From assembly GCA_963668025.2 (NCBI GenBank), contig CAXXTH010000003.1, positions 122,894-186,893 on the forward strand: a stretch of DNA of 64,000 nt, in the 5' to 3' direction. The stretch comes from Candidatus Hydrogenedentota bacterium (GTDB lineage Bacteria; Hydrogenedentota; Hydrogenedentia; Hydrogenedentales; SLHB01). The notes beneath the pieces were generated by a model, which saw only the letters and a program-made list of their open reading frames with translations, had not been told where the DNA came from and searched no databases. Shown here in pieces: positions 49,769 through 58,929 of the stretch (the stretch's first letter is position 1; each line of letters starts with the position of its first letter). A program made the translations under genes and the position numbers.

Positions 49769-50044
49769 ATGGGTATGCAGATTTCCGCTTCGGGCATGTT
49801 TCAAGCTCAGCAACGTATGAATATAACTGCGGGCAACATCGCCAACGCCACAACTCCGGGTTATCAAGCCGTACAGCGGGATGGCACCATCAATACGTCG
49901 CCAGGCGTCCCGGAAGGCTCGAATGTGAATCTTGTGACCGAAGAAGTAGGCCTATTGGTCGAGCGCGCCGATTTCCGCGCCAACGCCGCCGCTCTGAAAG
50001 TGCAGAACGGGCTGGCAGGCGAAGTGCTGGATCTGCTGGCTTGA
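49769..50044 (+). CDS. Short flagellar basal-body rod-like protein (FlgC/FlgE-type termini only)
   Basis: ISASGM..AGNIANATTPGY and SNVNLVTEEV..FRANAAALK; AAAGGAGG RBS. Confidence 0.8.
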   Translation: MGMQISASGMFQAQQRMNITAGNIANATTPGYQAVQRDGTINTSPGVPEGSNVNLVTEEVGLLVERADFRANAAALKVQNGLAGEVLDLLA

Positions 50045-50213
50045 ACAGGTGCGAATGACGCCGTATTTCAAAAAAGCTCTTCTCCGTTTTTGCTGCGCTT
50101 GCCCGCATGCAAACACCTTCTATGAAGAATCCTCGGCCCATGCCACATTCGCCATGGGTTATGTCCTGCCGTCATGAAATGATATCATGGAGAAAAATCG
50201 GCAGGAGCATCGG

Positions 50214-51275
50214 ATGAAACGTATCCTTGTATTCAGCGAGAGTGATTGGTTCGCTCCATATGCGGGAGCGGAAACCTATTATCTGCGTAACATCCTCGAG
50301 CGCCTGGCCAGCCAAGGCCACTATGCCGCCGTGGTGGCGCATCAATGCCCCAAGAAACCCCACCTTGTTCCATGGCTGCCTTTCACGCCTAAGCGCCCTA
50401 CCCTCGAGATTGCGAATGGCGTTCAAATTGCCCGGCTAGGCGCGCGCCCCATATATCCGTTCCTAAGACGCATGCTGCTTTCCAGACTGGCGAAGGCAGG
50501 AAAACTCGACAGCCAATATGACCTCATCCTGCATGTGGTCACGGATAAATGGGTAGATTTTTCTCCCTATACCCATTTGCCCGTATTGCCCGTGGTTTTC
50601 GCGCTCAAAGGAAAAACCCGGGTGCGTCCGGATGGGCCAGTCATCGCGGCTACACACGAGGCTGAGGCGCAACTGGCCCGCGCGGGATTTCTGGCTAACC
50701 AAATCATTACTGCGCCTTTTGGAATAGACTCCGTTGACTGCAATGAACCAATGGACAGCAAGCCGGCTATTGCGCTGGCCGTGCGGCGCACAGGGCCGTT
50801 TATATGCGCATTGGAGCAGCTTGAGAAAGCCCGTCCCGCCTTGACGGCATATTTCGCTACAAACGCACAGACGGGCAGGGGCATGCGCCAGCTCCAATCG
50901 ACCCAAACCACGGTGTTTCCCTTGAGCTGCGCGTCCACGGAACCCGGGACGCCCAGTTTCGACGCATCATGCCGCCGCGCCTGGTTCGGCGTATGCGGCC
51001 CAGGCCTCGAGTATTATGCCTTGCGTTTTACAGGCGCAGGCAGGCCCGCATTGTGTCCCGACACCCCAGCGGCGCGTGAGTACATCATCCCTGATGAAAC
51101 GGGATTATTGTATCCATATGGAGACGCCCGTGCATTGGCGGGATTGATGGAACGGCTCCTTAATAACGAAGTGCTGTATAAGCGCTTATGCATGGGCGCA
51201 CGCCGGTTCGCCGAAGAACGCACCTGGGAGCACACGGCAGCCCTGCTCCTGGGAACAATCGAAAATATGACATGA
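50214..51275 (+). CDS. Glycosyltransferase family 4-like (GT-B) protein, divergent
   Basis: AGAETY..LASQGH N-terminus; ETGLLYPYGDARALA..RTWE C-terminus. Confidence 0.7.
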   Translation: MKRILVFSESDWFAPYAGAETYYLRNILERLASQGHYAAVVAHQCPKKPHLVPWLPFTPKRPTLEIANGVQIARLGARPIYPFLRRMLLSRLAKAGKLDSQYDLILHVVTDKWVDFSPYTHLPVLPVVFALKGKTRVRPDGPVIAATHEAEAQLARAGFLANQIITAPFGIDSVDCNEPMDSKPAIALAVRRTGPFICALEQLEKARPALTAYFATNAQTGRGMRQLQSTQTTVFPLSCASTEPGTPSFDASCRRAWFGVCGPGLEYYALRFTGAGRPALCPDTPAAREYIIPDETGLLYPYGDARALAGLMERLLNNEVLYKRLCMGARRFAEERTWEHTAALLLGTIENMT

Positions 51276-51340
51276 TATGTTCCAGATGATATATATAAAT
51301 ATATTTTGGGAACAGCTACCATGACTGAAGGTTAAAAAAA

Positions 51341-51641
51341 GGTGTAGCTCTGTTATTACCGCTCCCGGTAGAATATATCATGTGTACGTATTGAAGAAAT
51401 AACGTAAAACCGCCTACCTGTCATCCCCGCGAACGCGGGGATCCAGAGAATTAGCACTGGATTCCCGCTTTCGCGGGAATGACAACAAGGTAGTTTACGG
51501 GGTTTTATACAACAAATGCTATTAGGTGGTGGGGCGAATCCACCATGTATTTTGGTTCATCCGCGCGCCCAAGAACGGCTCCAAATAGGTTGCGGCTATC
51601 CCTCGGCAAGGCGAATGGAGCGGTAATGACAGAGCTGCACC
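51341..51641. mobile_element. MITE-like element with 25-bp terminal inverted repeats, enclosing a CGTC-type REP doublet
   Basis: GGTGTAGCTCTGTTATTACCGCTCC (51341-65) versus GGAGCGGTAATGACAGAGCTGCACC (51617-41), 23/25 match. Confidence 0.55.
51419..51484. repeat. CGTC/TGTC-type REP palindromic doublet
   Basis: TGTCATCCCCGCGAACGCGGGGATCCAG..CTGGATTCCCGCTTTCGCGGGAATGACA. Confidence 0.85.
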
Positions 51642-51770
51642 CATAAAAAAGCAAAGCAAATTGGTTTAGGTGGTATAGAAGCATATAGAAACAAATATGC
51701 TCTCGAGAATTGCATACTTGGAGACACGGCATGCGTTCGCCCGTGTTCCCCGTGGTAAAAATCGAGCCGC

Positions 51771-52349
51771 TTATTTGAGCAGCGAATAATCCACTACCTC
51801 ATGCTTCCCCTCTTCGAGATAGCGCGCCAATATATAGAGATAGTCACTCAAACGATTCACATATATGAGCAAATGCCCGGCCTCGAAGTCTGGAATCTCC
51901 ACCTTCAACTGTACAATGCGACGTTCAAGCCGCCGGGCCAGCGTGCATGCCATGTCCGCGTGCGCGGCGGCTATATTCGATGCGCCTACGATGAACGCGT
52001 GGGGGAGAACCGTGCGGGTTTCCAATTCCGCTTGGGCCTGCTCCAGGCGTTCGATATGTGATGGGCCGATGGCGCCTTTATGGAATTCTGGTTTGCGGAG
52101 CAGCGGGTCGCTGCACTGGGAGCCCATCAAAAAACACGAGTGAAGCAGATAGGTAATGAATCCGCTTAACGCATCCTTATCGGAACGGCCGCTATCCAGG
52201 AGAAGCAGCCGCAGCAACGCAAGCTGGGCGCGGAACTCATCTACGCTGCCGGCCGTTTCCATGATCGGATGGCTTTTTAAACAGGTATCTCCACTTAATG
52301 CGGCCGTTTCGCCTTGATCCCCTCGCTTTGTCGTGACTTGTGAGCACAT
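51771..52349 (-). CDS. PduO-type ATP:cob(I)alamin adenosyltransferase
   Basis: TTKRGDQGET, GSVDE, LARRLERR, YVNRLSDYLYILAR. Confidence 0.87.
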   Translation of the reverse strand: MCSQVTTKRGDQGETAALSGDTCLKSHPIMETAGSVDEFRAQLALLRLLLLDSGRSDKDALSGFITYLLHSCFLMGSQCSDPLLRKPEFHKGAIGPSHIERLEQAQAELETRTVLPHAFIVGASNIAAAHADMACTLARRLERRIVQLKVEIPDFEAGHLLIYVNRLSDYLYILARYLEEGKHEVVDYSLLK

Positions 52350-52870
52350 ACGCTTCTCCTCGTTCACCGCCGTTAGCACCTTAAACTCCAGATTCCGTAA
52401 AAAACAACAAGATGCTTTTCATTGCAAGTATGCCGCGCGTTGAACCTTGTATTCTTTGCGGCTTCGCGTCTTTTGAGAAATATATTACTATATATTAAAC
52501 ACATCACAATCCCCAGTACGCCCAACCAATTTATACTCACGCAAAACCGCCAAACACACAAAAGTAAACGAGAATAAACAGTATTATGCCGTTCCATCGG
52601 GTTGTGGGCGACGCCCATGCCCGTATATTCAACAGAAAATATATACTCATGTCCAGGCTGCAAAATGTCCGGCCATATTAGCATCAACGTCCATTATTGA
52701 AGCTATTCAAAAATAGGTTGTTATACTAAAGTTCTCCTGTCGTAAAGTTCTCCTTGATGGCAAGCGCGATATTCGTTATTATTCCATCTTCTGTTTACAA
52801 ACATGCTTGCTCAAAAAAGAAATCCAAGAGTAAACATCCTCGATTTCAGAAATATAAAGGGAAAACGCGA

Positions 52871-53446
52871 GTGAATGCATTGAAGTTCGTTAAGCAGTTC
52901 GTACATAAGCCTGGCTGGACGGGAGCTATTCTGCCCAGTTCCAGCATCCTGGCCAGCATGGTCACCGAGTGCGCACAAGTCCGCAAAGCGGATACGGTGG
53001 TCGAATTTGGCCCAGGAACGGGCGCTATCACGGAATGTGTCTTAAAATGTCTTAGACCGGGCGCAAATTTTTTCGCCATGGAGATCAATTCCGAGTTTGT
53101 AGAAATCATGCGCCGGCGGTTTCCCCAAGTGAAAGTGCATCATGATTCCGCCTCGAATACCCGGCGCTATCTCGGCCAATTGGAGATTTCCTATTGCGAT
53201 AGCATCGTGTCTGGGCTTCCATGGACCGTGTTTAATGAAGCGCTTCAAGACGAATTACTGGATGCCGTGGAAGACGCGCTCGGGCCAGGCGGCTCGTTTT
53301 CCACGTATATGTATATCAACAGCATCGTGCTGCCTGCTGGCGTGCGATTCCGCGCCAAACTGCGCGCACGATTCGGCAAATTAAACGCCTCGCCCATGGT
53401 ATGGCGCAACGTGCCTCCCGCCGTTGTGTACAGCGTCCGCAAATAA
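52871..53446 (+). CDS. Class I SAM-dependent methyltransferase (phospholipid N-methyltransferase-like)
   Basis: GAILPSS..LA, VVEFGPGTGAIT, IVSGLPW, VWRNVPPAVVY. Confidence 0.85.
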   Translation: MNALKFVKQFVHKPGWTGAILPSSSILASMVTECAQVRKADTVVEFGPGTGAITECVLKCLRPGANFFAMEINSEFVEIMRRRFPQVKVHHDSASNTRRYLGQLEISYCDSIVSGLPWTVFNEALQDELLDAVEDALGPGGSFSTYMYINSIVLPAGVRFRAKLRARFGKLNASPMVWRNVPPAVVYSVRK

Positions 53447-53485
53447 TGCCGCATACCGCTGATGAGTTGAAGAAAGAGAATCCAT

Positions 53486-53583
53486 GGCGCGGCTTGGCCG
53501 CAACCAAAGATTCGGATTTTGAGACCACTAAATACACATGATTTGTAGGGTGGGGCTTGCCCCACCGCTCAAGGAATACGCCT
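53486..53583 (+). repeat. Composite repeat family A
   Basis: GGCGCGGCTTGGCCGCAACCAAAGATTCGGATTTTGAGACCACTAAATACAC..GTAGGGTGGGGCTTGCCCCACCGCTCAAGG. Confidence 0.9.
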
Positions 53584-53668
53584 ATAAAGTCCCGACATAA
53601 CTATTTGATATGCAATGTTTTATCAGAAGAATCCTCACGGGAAAACTAACGTTTTGAAAGATAGTAAT

Positions 53669-54313
53669 ATGAAAACCGCGTTGATTGTGTATGGAGGCTG
53701 GGAAGGCCACCAGCCCAAAGAGACTACGGGCATTTTCATTCCTTGGCTTCAAGAACAAGGATATGAAACTACCTGGACAGACACCCTAGACGCCTTTCTC
53801 GATCAAGAGAGAATGAAGGCATACCATATCATCATTCCTTGTTGGACCTGCGGTGAACTCTCTAGCGAACAAGAAAAAGGGCTTAGTGGCGCCATCATGG
53901 GCGGAGTGGGCTTAGCGGGATGGCACGGCGGATTGTGCGACGCTTTCCGCGCCAGCCCTGGTTATCAATTTATGACCGGCGGCCAATGTGTGGCGCACCC
54001 TGGCGGATGCGTCGAATACTCCATACATATCACGAAGCCGGATGACCCCATCGTTTCGGGCTTTAATGATTTTAAGATGAAGTCCGAACAATATTACCTG
54101 CTGGCGGATCCCAGTAATGAGGTTCTCGCGACGACTACCTTTTCAGGCGAGATCTTCCCTTGGATTGATGGCTGCATCATGCCCCAAGTGTGGAAACGCA
54201 TGTACGGCCAAGGCCGGGTCTTTTATTCCGCGCTCGGCCATGTAGCGGCTGATTTTGATGTGCCCGAATGCATCGAGATCATGAAACGCGGCATCCTTTG
54301 GGCCAGCCGGTAA
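53669..54313 (+). CDS. ThuA-like (class I glutamine amidotransferase-fold) protein
   Basis: GGWEGHQP, GLAGWHGG, GGQCVAHPG, SEQYY, YGQGRVFYSALGH. Confidence 0.85.
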   Translation: MKTALIVYGGWEGHQPKETTGIFIPWLQEQGYETTWTDTLDAFLDQERMKAYHIIIPCWTCGELSSEQEKGLSGAIMGGVGLAGWHGGLCDAFRASPGYQFMTGGQCVAHPGGCVEYSIHITKPDDPIVSGFNDFKMKSEQYYLLADPSNEVLATTTFSGEIFPWIDGCIMPQVWKRMYGQGRVFYSALGHVAADFDVPECIEIMKRGILWASR

Positions 54314-54344
54314 TTACAACTCCCCAAATCACCCGTCAGCTTCT

Positions 54345-54395
54345 CGTGCCATGGGCGTCCCGCACCTGTGCATGGCCGGGATGGCCATGCCACGG
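54345..54395. repeat. REP-like doublet, family B (degenerate)
   Basis: CGTGCCATGGGCGTCCCGC..CATGGCCGGGATGGCCATGCCACGG. Confidence 0.75.
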
Positions 54396-54424
54396 CTCTT
54401 TATCATCAAGCCGGTGGTTAAGGC

Positions 54425-55606
54425 TCACTTTTTTCGCTGCTCACCCGTATTTTTTTGCTGCTCATCCGTATTGTATTGATTATATCCGGGCGGAACGGCT
54501 GGCGAGAGCGGCCCCATTGGCCCCGTGGGCGAAACAGCCTGTGTCCGCCCTTGGCGTGGCACAAGGGGAGATGCGTCCCGAGACCAAGATTCGCGCACGG
54601 TCTCATACCAAGTCCACCATTGCTGTGCGCTTTCGCCGAACTGCTTGCCCGTAATCCGCCGCAAGGAATCCGTTGCCGCAAGCCGCACTTCAGGCTCTTT
54701 TAGCGAGGCCTCCAAAAGGGCGGGCACCGCCGATTTCGCACCCCAGTCACCAAGCACTTGCGCCGCCCGAACCCGTACAGGCACGCTCGTTTCCTGCGGA
54801 CTGGACACAACGCCTTCCAGCGTCTTTTCCGCATCCAATCCGCCCAATGCTGCAAGCCCTTCAACCGCCAATAGCCGGAACGATTCCTGCGGATGCGCCA
54901 CCAGACGGACCAAATCCATCATTGCCGCAGGATTGCGTGAAGACACCAGCGCCCGCATACTGGCGAACGCCAATTGCTGGTTTTTCGACCATGCCAAACC
55001 CGCCAAAGGCTGGACAGCGGCAGGGCTGTTCATCATTCCCAAACAATGGGCTGCTATACAGCGCCGGACTTCCGGCTCACGGGTATTCTCCAACACATCC
55101 AGCATGGGGAACTCAAGCGCACCCCTCAGCGCAACCAACTGCCCATCCAGCGCATAACACTGCGTATTCGAACCTCCCAGATACCCCCGCATCACGGCGT
55201 CAAATACAGCCCCTGCGTCCGAAATGCGAAGGCCTTCCGCCGCCGCTTCTCTCACCCCGGCATCCGCATCCGCCAACGCATTCACCAGCCGATCCAGTTC
55301 CGCATGGGAACCGGACGCACTGATTGCCTGCAAAGCCATCGCACGTTGCGCCGGATCTTTCGAACCCGCCATCTGTTCAAGAATGGTCGTTGCTAAAGGA
55401 TGTGCGTTTTCCCCTGGAGAAGAAGCGTAGGCCTTCCCCGCTTGCCATTGTATTTCTGGCGCTTGCATCTGGCGATACACTCGCTGCAATGCGCCTGGCG
55501 CATCCGCCTGGCTATTCTGCGCAGCGGCAAACATATTCCCGGCACACCATAGGACGCACGCCATCAAGCACGCCTGGACGTTTTTCTGATAGCGAATTCG
55601 ATTCAT
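54425..55606 (-). CDS. Secreted HEAT-repeat protein
   Basis: Signal peptide; repeats LADADAGVREAAAEGL, EVRRCIAAHCLG, VRVRAAQVLG; LRRITGKQFG..WWTW. Confidence 0.82.
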   Translation of the reverse strand: MNRIRYQKNVQACLMACVLWCAGNMFAAAQNSQADAPGALQRVYRQMQAPEIQWQAGKAYASSPGENAHPLATTILEQMAGSKDPAQRAMALQAISASGSHAELDRLVNALADADAGVREAAAEGLRISDAGAVFDAVMRGYLGGSNTQCYALDGQLVALRGALEFPMLDVLENTREPEVRRCIAAHCLGMMNSPAAVQPLAGLAWSKNQQLAFASMRALVSSRNPAAMMDLVRLVAHPQESFRLLAVEGLAALGGLDAEKTLEGVVSSPQETSVPVRVRAAQVLGDWGAKSAVPALLEASLKEPEVRLAATDSLRRITGKQFGESAQQWWTWYETVRESWSRDASPLVPRQGRTQAVSPTGPMGPLSPAVPPGYNQYNTDEQQKNTGEQRKK

Positions 55607-55705
55607 GCATACATTCTCCACAGCCCTTTCATTGTAGTCAACTCGCCTGTGAAATCGCTCTGGAAATTCGGGAATATATCATATACGCATGGCGTTCCAT
55701 AATTG

Positions 55706-55822
55706 CTGTAGGGGGCCTTTCCCCCAGGCAAAACCTACAGTGCAGTCCGTTGAGACTGCTTCCCACCACCGGCGAGTGCGTGGATGACAGTTCCCCCGCT
55801 GTCTGCACTCGCCTCTTTTTTT
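55706..55822. ncRNA. Candidate three-hairpin small RNA or leader
   Basis: Stems CTGTAGG/CCTACAG, GCAGTC/GACTGC and GGCGAGTGC/GCACTCGCC, then TCTTTTTTT on the + strand. Confidence 0.4.
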
Positions 55823-56183
55823 GATTTGGCCTTTTTGAGAATTATCCAGGCCAAATCGTACCCATTTTTTATCACAAATAGGCGCTTTTACCTCTTTTTT
55901 CTGCTTGAAATCATTGATGGATATCGACTTAACCTAAAATGATAATTATACTAAAAGTATAATAAGCGACAACACACTTGACTTAGCCGTTTAAGTTTAC
56001 TATACTATTCCGTCCGGCGGTGTATGCCGGGTAGCTTGACGCTCCTTTAGAACCGTCAAGTGAAGGAAATGAGTGATTCCCAAACACAGTGTGGGAAGCA
56101 CTGCTGTTTGGAATGGAGGCGTGAAGCCATAACCGCGGCGGTTTATGACCGCGCATAGGGTGCATATGCAACAGGAGACACCA

Positions 56184-57164
56184 ATGACGTTGAAGATCTC
56201 TGCTTGTCTTTCGATATTCGGCGGAGCGCCCGATCGCTACTGCCCGCAGGGATATCGGGATCCCCAGCGTCCTCAAGAGCGGCTTGCCGCACTTTCGAAG
56301 ATAAAGGGCATCAAGGCAGTGGAAGTCACTCAGACGGATATCAGCAATGAATTGCCCGCCAAAGAGTTAAAGCGAATCCTTCGAGAATATGGGCTGGCCT
56401 GTTCGGGCGTATCGGCCAACCTTGCTCAAGACAGGCGGTTCATTTTGGGCGCTTTCGGGCATCAGCACCCCAAGACCCGTAATGCCGCTATTGACGAAGG
56501 CCGCAAGGCCGTCGATATCGCCCGCCAGCTTGGGGCCACCGAAGTCACCTTGCGCCTATACAGCGATGGATTCGATTATCCATTCCACATCGATTACACG
56601 ACGCACTGGAATACGGTCATCTCGTCCATCAAAACCATCGCCAAGTATGCTTCGCCCGACATCAACGTCGCCATTGCATACAAACCACGCGAACCACGCA
56701 AATTCCTCACGGTCGCGAGCGTCGGCAAAGGCCTATCCCTCTGCCAGGAAATCGCGATGAAGAATGTCGGCGTCGCGCTCCATTTCGCCCATTCAATGAT
56801 GGCGGGCGAGACTCCGGCCGAGTCCATCGCTTTCCTCACCCGCTCCAGCAAGCTGTTCCAAGTCTACATGAGCGAATGCTACCGGATGTGGGACGATTTG
56901 ATGATACCCGGCAGTGTACATATGTGGGAGTTGATGGAAGCCCTGTTCTACCTTAAAACAGCCAAATTCAAAGGCTATGTCACCTTGGATATGCTTCCGC
57001 AGCGAATCGATCCGTCCCAGGCCTGCCAAATTGCCGTGGGAAATCTCGCTATCTTCTGGAAAAAACTCGAAAAACTAGATCCGGCGGAACTCAAGAAAGC
57101 CCAGCGGACCCTCGATGCCGTCGAAAGCCAAAAAATCGTCCGCCGCGTGATGCTCCAGAGTTGA
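56184..57164 (+). CDS. Xylose-isomerase-like TIM-barrel protein with substituted metal ligands
   Basis: DGFDYPF, YKPREPR, FAHSMMAGE, WDD..PGSVH; AGGAGA RBS before 56184. Confidence 0.8.
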   Translation: MTLKISACLSIFGGAPDRYCPQGYRDPQRPQERLAALSKIKGIKAVEVTQTDISNELPAKELKRILREYGLACSGVSANLAQDRRFILGAFGHQHPKTRNAAIDEGRKAVDIARQLGATEVTLRLYSDGFDYPFHIDYTTHWNTVISSIKTIAKYASPDINVAIAYKPREPRKFLTVASVGKGLSLCQEIAMKNVGVALHFAHSMMAGETPAESIAFLTRSSKLFQVYMSECYRMWDDLMIPGSVHMWELMEALFYLKTAKFKGYVTLDMLPQRIDPSQACQIAVGNLAIFWKKLEKLDPAELKKAQRTLDAVESQKIVRRVMLQS

Positions 57165-57196
57165 ACGCCATGTTGTCACCAAAGCAGTATGTAATT

Positions 57197-57240
57197 CAGA
57201 ATCGCCGAGTCTTCCTACCGAAGCTCGGCGATTCTGTTTA
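57197..57240 (+). terminator. Terminator-like hairpin between the isomerase-like gene and hflX
   Basis: CAGAATCGCCGAG..CTCGGCGATTCTG followed by TTTA. Confidence 0.6.
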
Positions 57241-57267
57241 CGATACTCAGCGTAAAGGATTCCACCC

Positions 57268-58929
57268 ATTCATCTGACCGGAAACACTCAAGGCCTCAGC
57301 GCCCTTCCGCTCCGGAGGCTGGAGCGCCTCGCCCATCGCCGTTTGCGCGCCGATATGCTCATCACCCCGGAATTCGCCCGCGCTCTCACCGAGGTTTCCC
57401 AAGAGATCGAGCGCCAAGTGGGCGTCTTAATCGACCGGCGCGGCGATATCAAGGAAATCCTGGTGGGCGATGCAAGGGCAGTCTTCATTCCCGATTTATC
57501 CAAATACCGCACCGGCCATGCCCGTTTATGCGGCCTCCGCCTTGTGCATACCCATTTGAACCACGACCCTCTTAGCGACGACGACCTCACCGACTTGGCG
57601 CTCCTGCGCCTGGATGCGGTGGCCGCCATTGAAGTGCGGGAAGATGGCCTGCCAGGCGCACTCCATGCGGCGCACTTATTGCCGAATAACGCCGATGATG
57701 CGCCGTGGGTGGTGCTGCCGCCCTCGAATATCCATGAACTGCCCAATGATTTCCAAGAGATGATACGCGCCCTCGAGGACGAATTCGCCCGCACGCGTTC
57801 GCCTCACGCCAGGCATGACATGCGCGAACGCGCCATACTCATCCACGCGGGTGAGACCCCGGCCTCCGTGGCGGAGGATTCGCTGGCGGAACTGCAAGAA
57901 CTGGCCCGTAGCGCGGGCATTGAAGTGGCGCATACATTCATCCAGCGCCGCAAGCTGGACCCGCGTTATGTCGTCGGCCGCGGTAAACTGCAAGAAGTGA
58001 TTATCAAAGCGATGCAGCTCGGAGCCGAGACGCTTGTGTTTGACCTGAACTTGTCACCCTCACAAATACAAGCCCTGGCCGTCTATACCGACCTCAAAAT
58101 CCTCGACCGCACCCAAGTCATTTTGGATATATTCGCCCAGCATGCGGAAACCCGCGATGGCAAAATCCAAGTGGAGCTTGCCCAGTTGCGCTATCTCCTT
58201 CCCCGCCTTGGGGCAAAACAAAGCGCCAGCGCCTTCTCCCGCCTCACGGGCGGCATCGGCGGGCGGGGCCCCGGCGAAACCAAACTCGAGATCGACCGCC
58301 GCCGCGCCCAAGACCGCATCGCCCAACTCGAACGGGAAGTGCGCCAGCTTGGCGAACGGCGCAAATTACGCCGGGGCCTCCGCACCCGCAAACAGGTGCC
58401 CATCGTCTCCATCGTGGGATACACCAATGCGGGAAAATCGACCTTGCTCAACCAGCTCACCCATAGTGAAGTTATCGCCCAGGACGCCCTATTCGCCACG
58501 CTCAATCCCGTGTCCCGCCGCCTGCGGTTCCCACGGGAACGAGAAGTGGTCATCACCGACACGGTCGGCTTCATCCGTGAATTGCCCAAGGAATTACTGG
58601 CCGCTTTTCGGACCACCCTCGAAGAATTGGAGCAAGCCGATCTGCTCTTGCACATCCTCGACGCCTCCAGGCCCGATGCGGACAGCCTCTATGAAACCGT
58701 CCAGGGATTGCTGGACGAGCTACATTTATCCGAAAAGCCCACGATCGTAGCATTGAACAAAACGGACTTGTGCGATCCCCAAACGCTTGCGGGCCTTGTC
58801 CGGCGATACCACGGCGTTCCCATCTGCGCCCTTGATCGGACGACATACTCCAGCCTGTTAGCCCGCATCGAGAGCTTGCTGTGGCCCGGCGAATGGGACA
58901 TAATGCCCGTAAAGGAGGAGTTATGCTGA
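57268..58929 (+). CDS. hflX: GTPase HflX, long N-terminal form; probable ATT start
   Basis: GNTQGL..LERL N-terminus, HTH, DLTDLALLRLD, ILDRTQVILDIFA, GGRGPGETKLE, GYTNAGKST, DTVGF, NKTD. Confidence 0.93.
   Translation: MHLTGNTQGLSALPLRRLERLAHRRLRADMLITPEFARALTEVSQEIERQVGVLIDRRGDIKEILVGDARAVFIPDLSKYRTGHARLCGLRLVHTHLNHDPLSDDDLTDLALLRLDAVAAIEVREDGLPGALHAAHLLPNNADDAPWVVLPPSNIHELPNDFQEMIRALEDEFARTRSPHARHDMRERAILIHAGETPASVAEDSLAELQELARSAGIEVAHTFIQRRKLDPRYVVGRGKLQEVIIKAMQLGAETLVFDLNLSPSQIQALAVYTDLKILDRTQVILDIFAQHAETRDGKIQVELAQLRYLLPRLGAKQSASAFSRLTGGIGGRGPGETKLEIDRRRAQDRIAQLEREVRQLGERRKLRRGLRTRKQVPIVSIVGYTNAGKSTLLNQLTHSEVIAQDALFATLNPVSRRLRFPREREVVITDTVGFIRELPKELLAAFRTTLEELEQADLLLHILDASRPDADSLYETVQGLLDELHLSEKPTIVALNKTDLCDPQTLAGLVRRYHGVPICALDRTTYSSLLARIESLLWPGEWDIMPVKEELC

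Noticed and set aside
52373-52687. 104-aa minus-strand ORF upstream of the PduO-type gene
   Set aside because: AT-rich intergenic DNA containing a family B REP remnant, with no RBS or motif.
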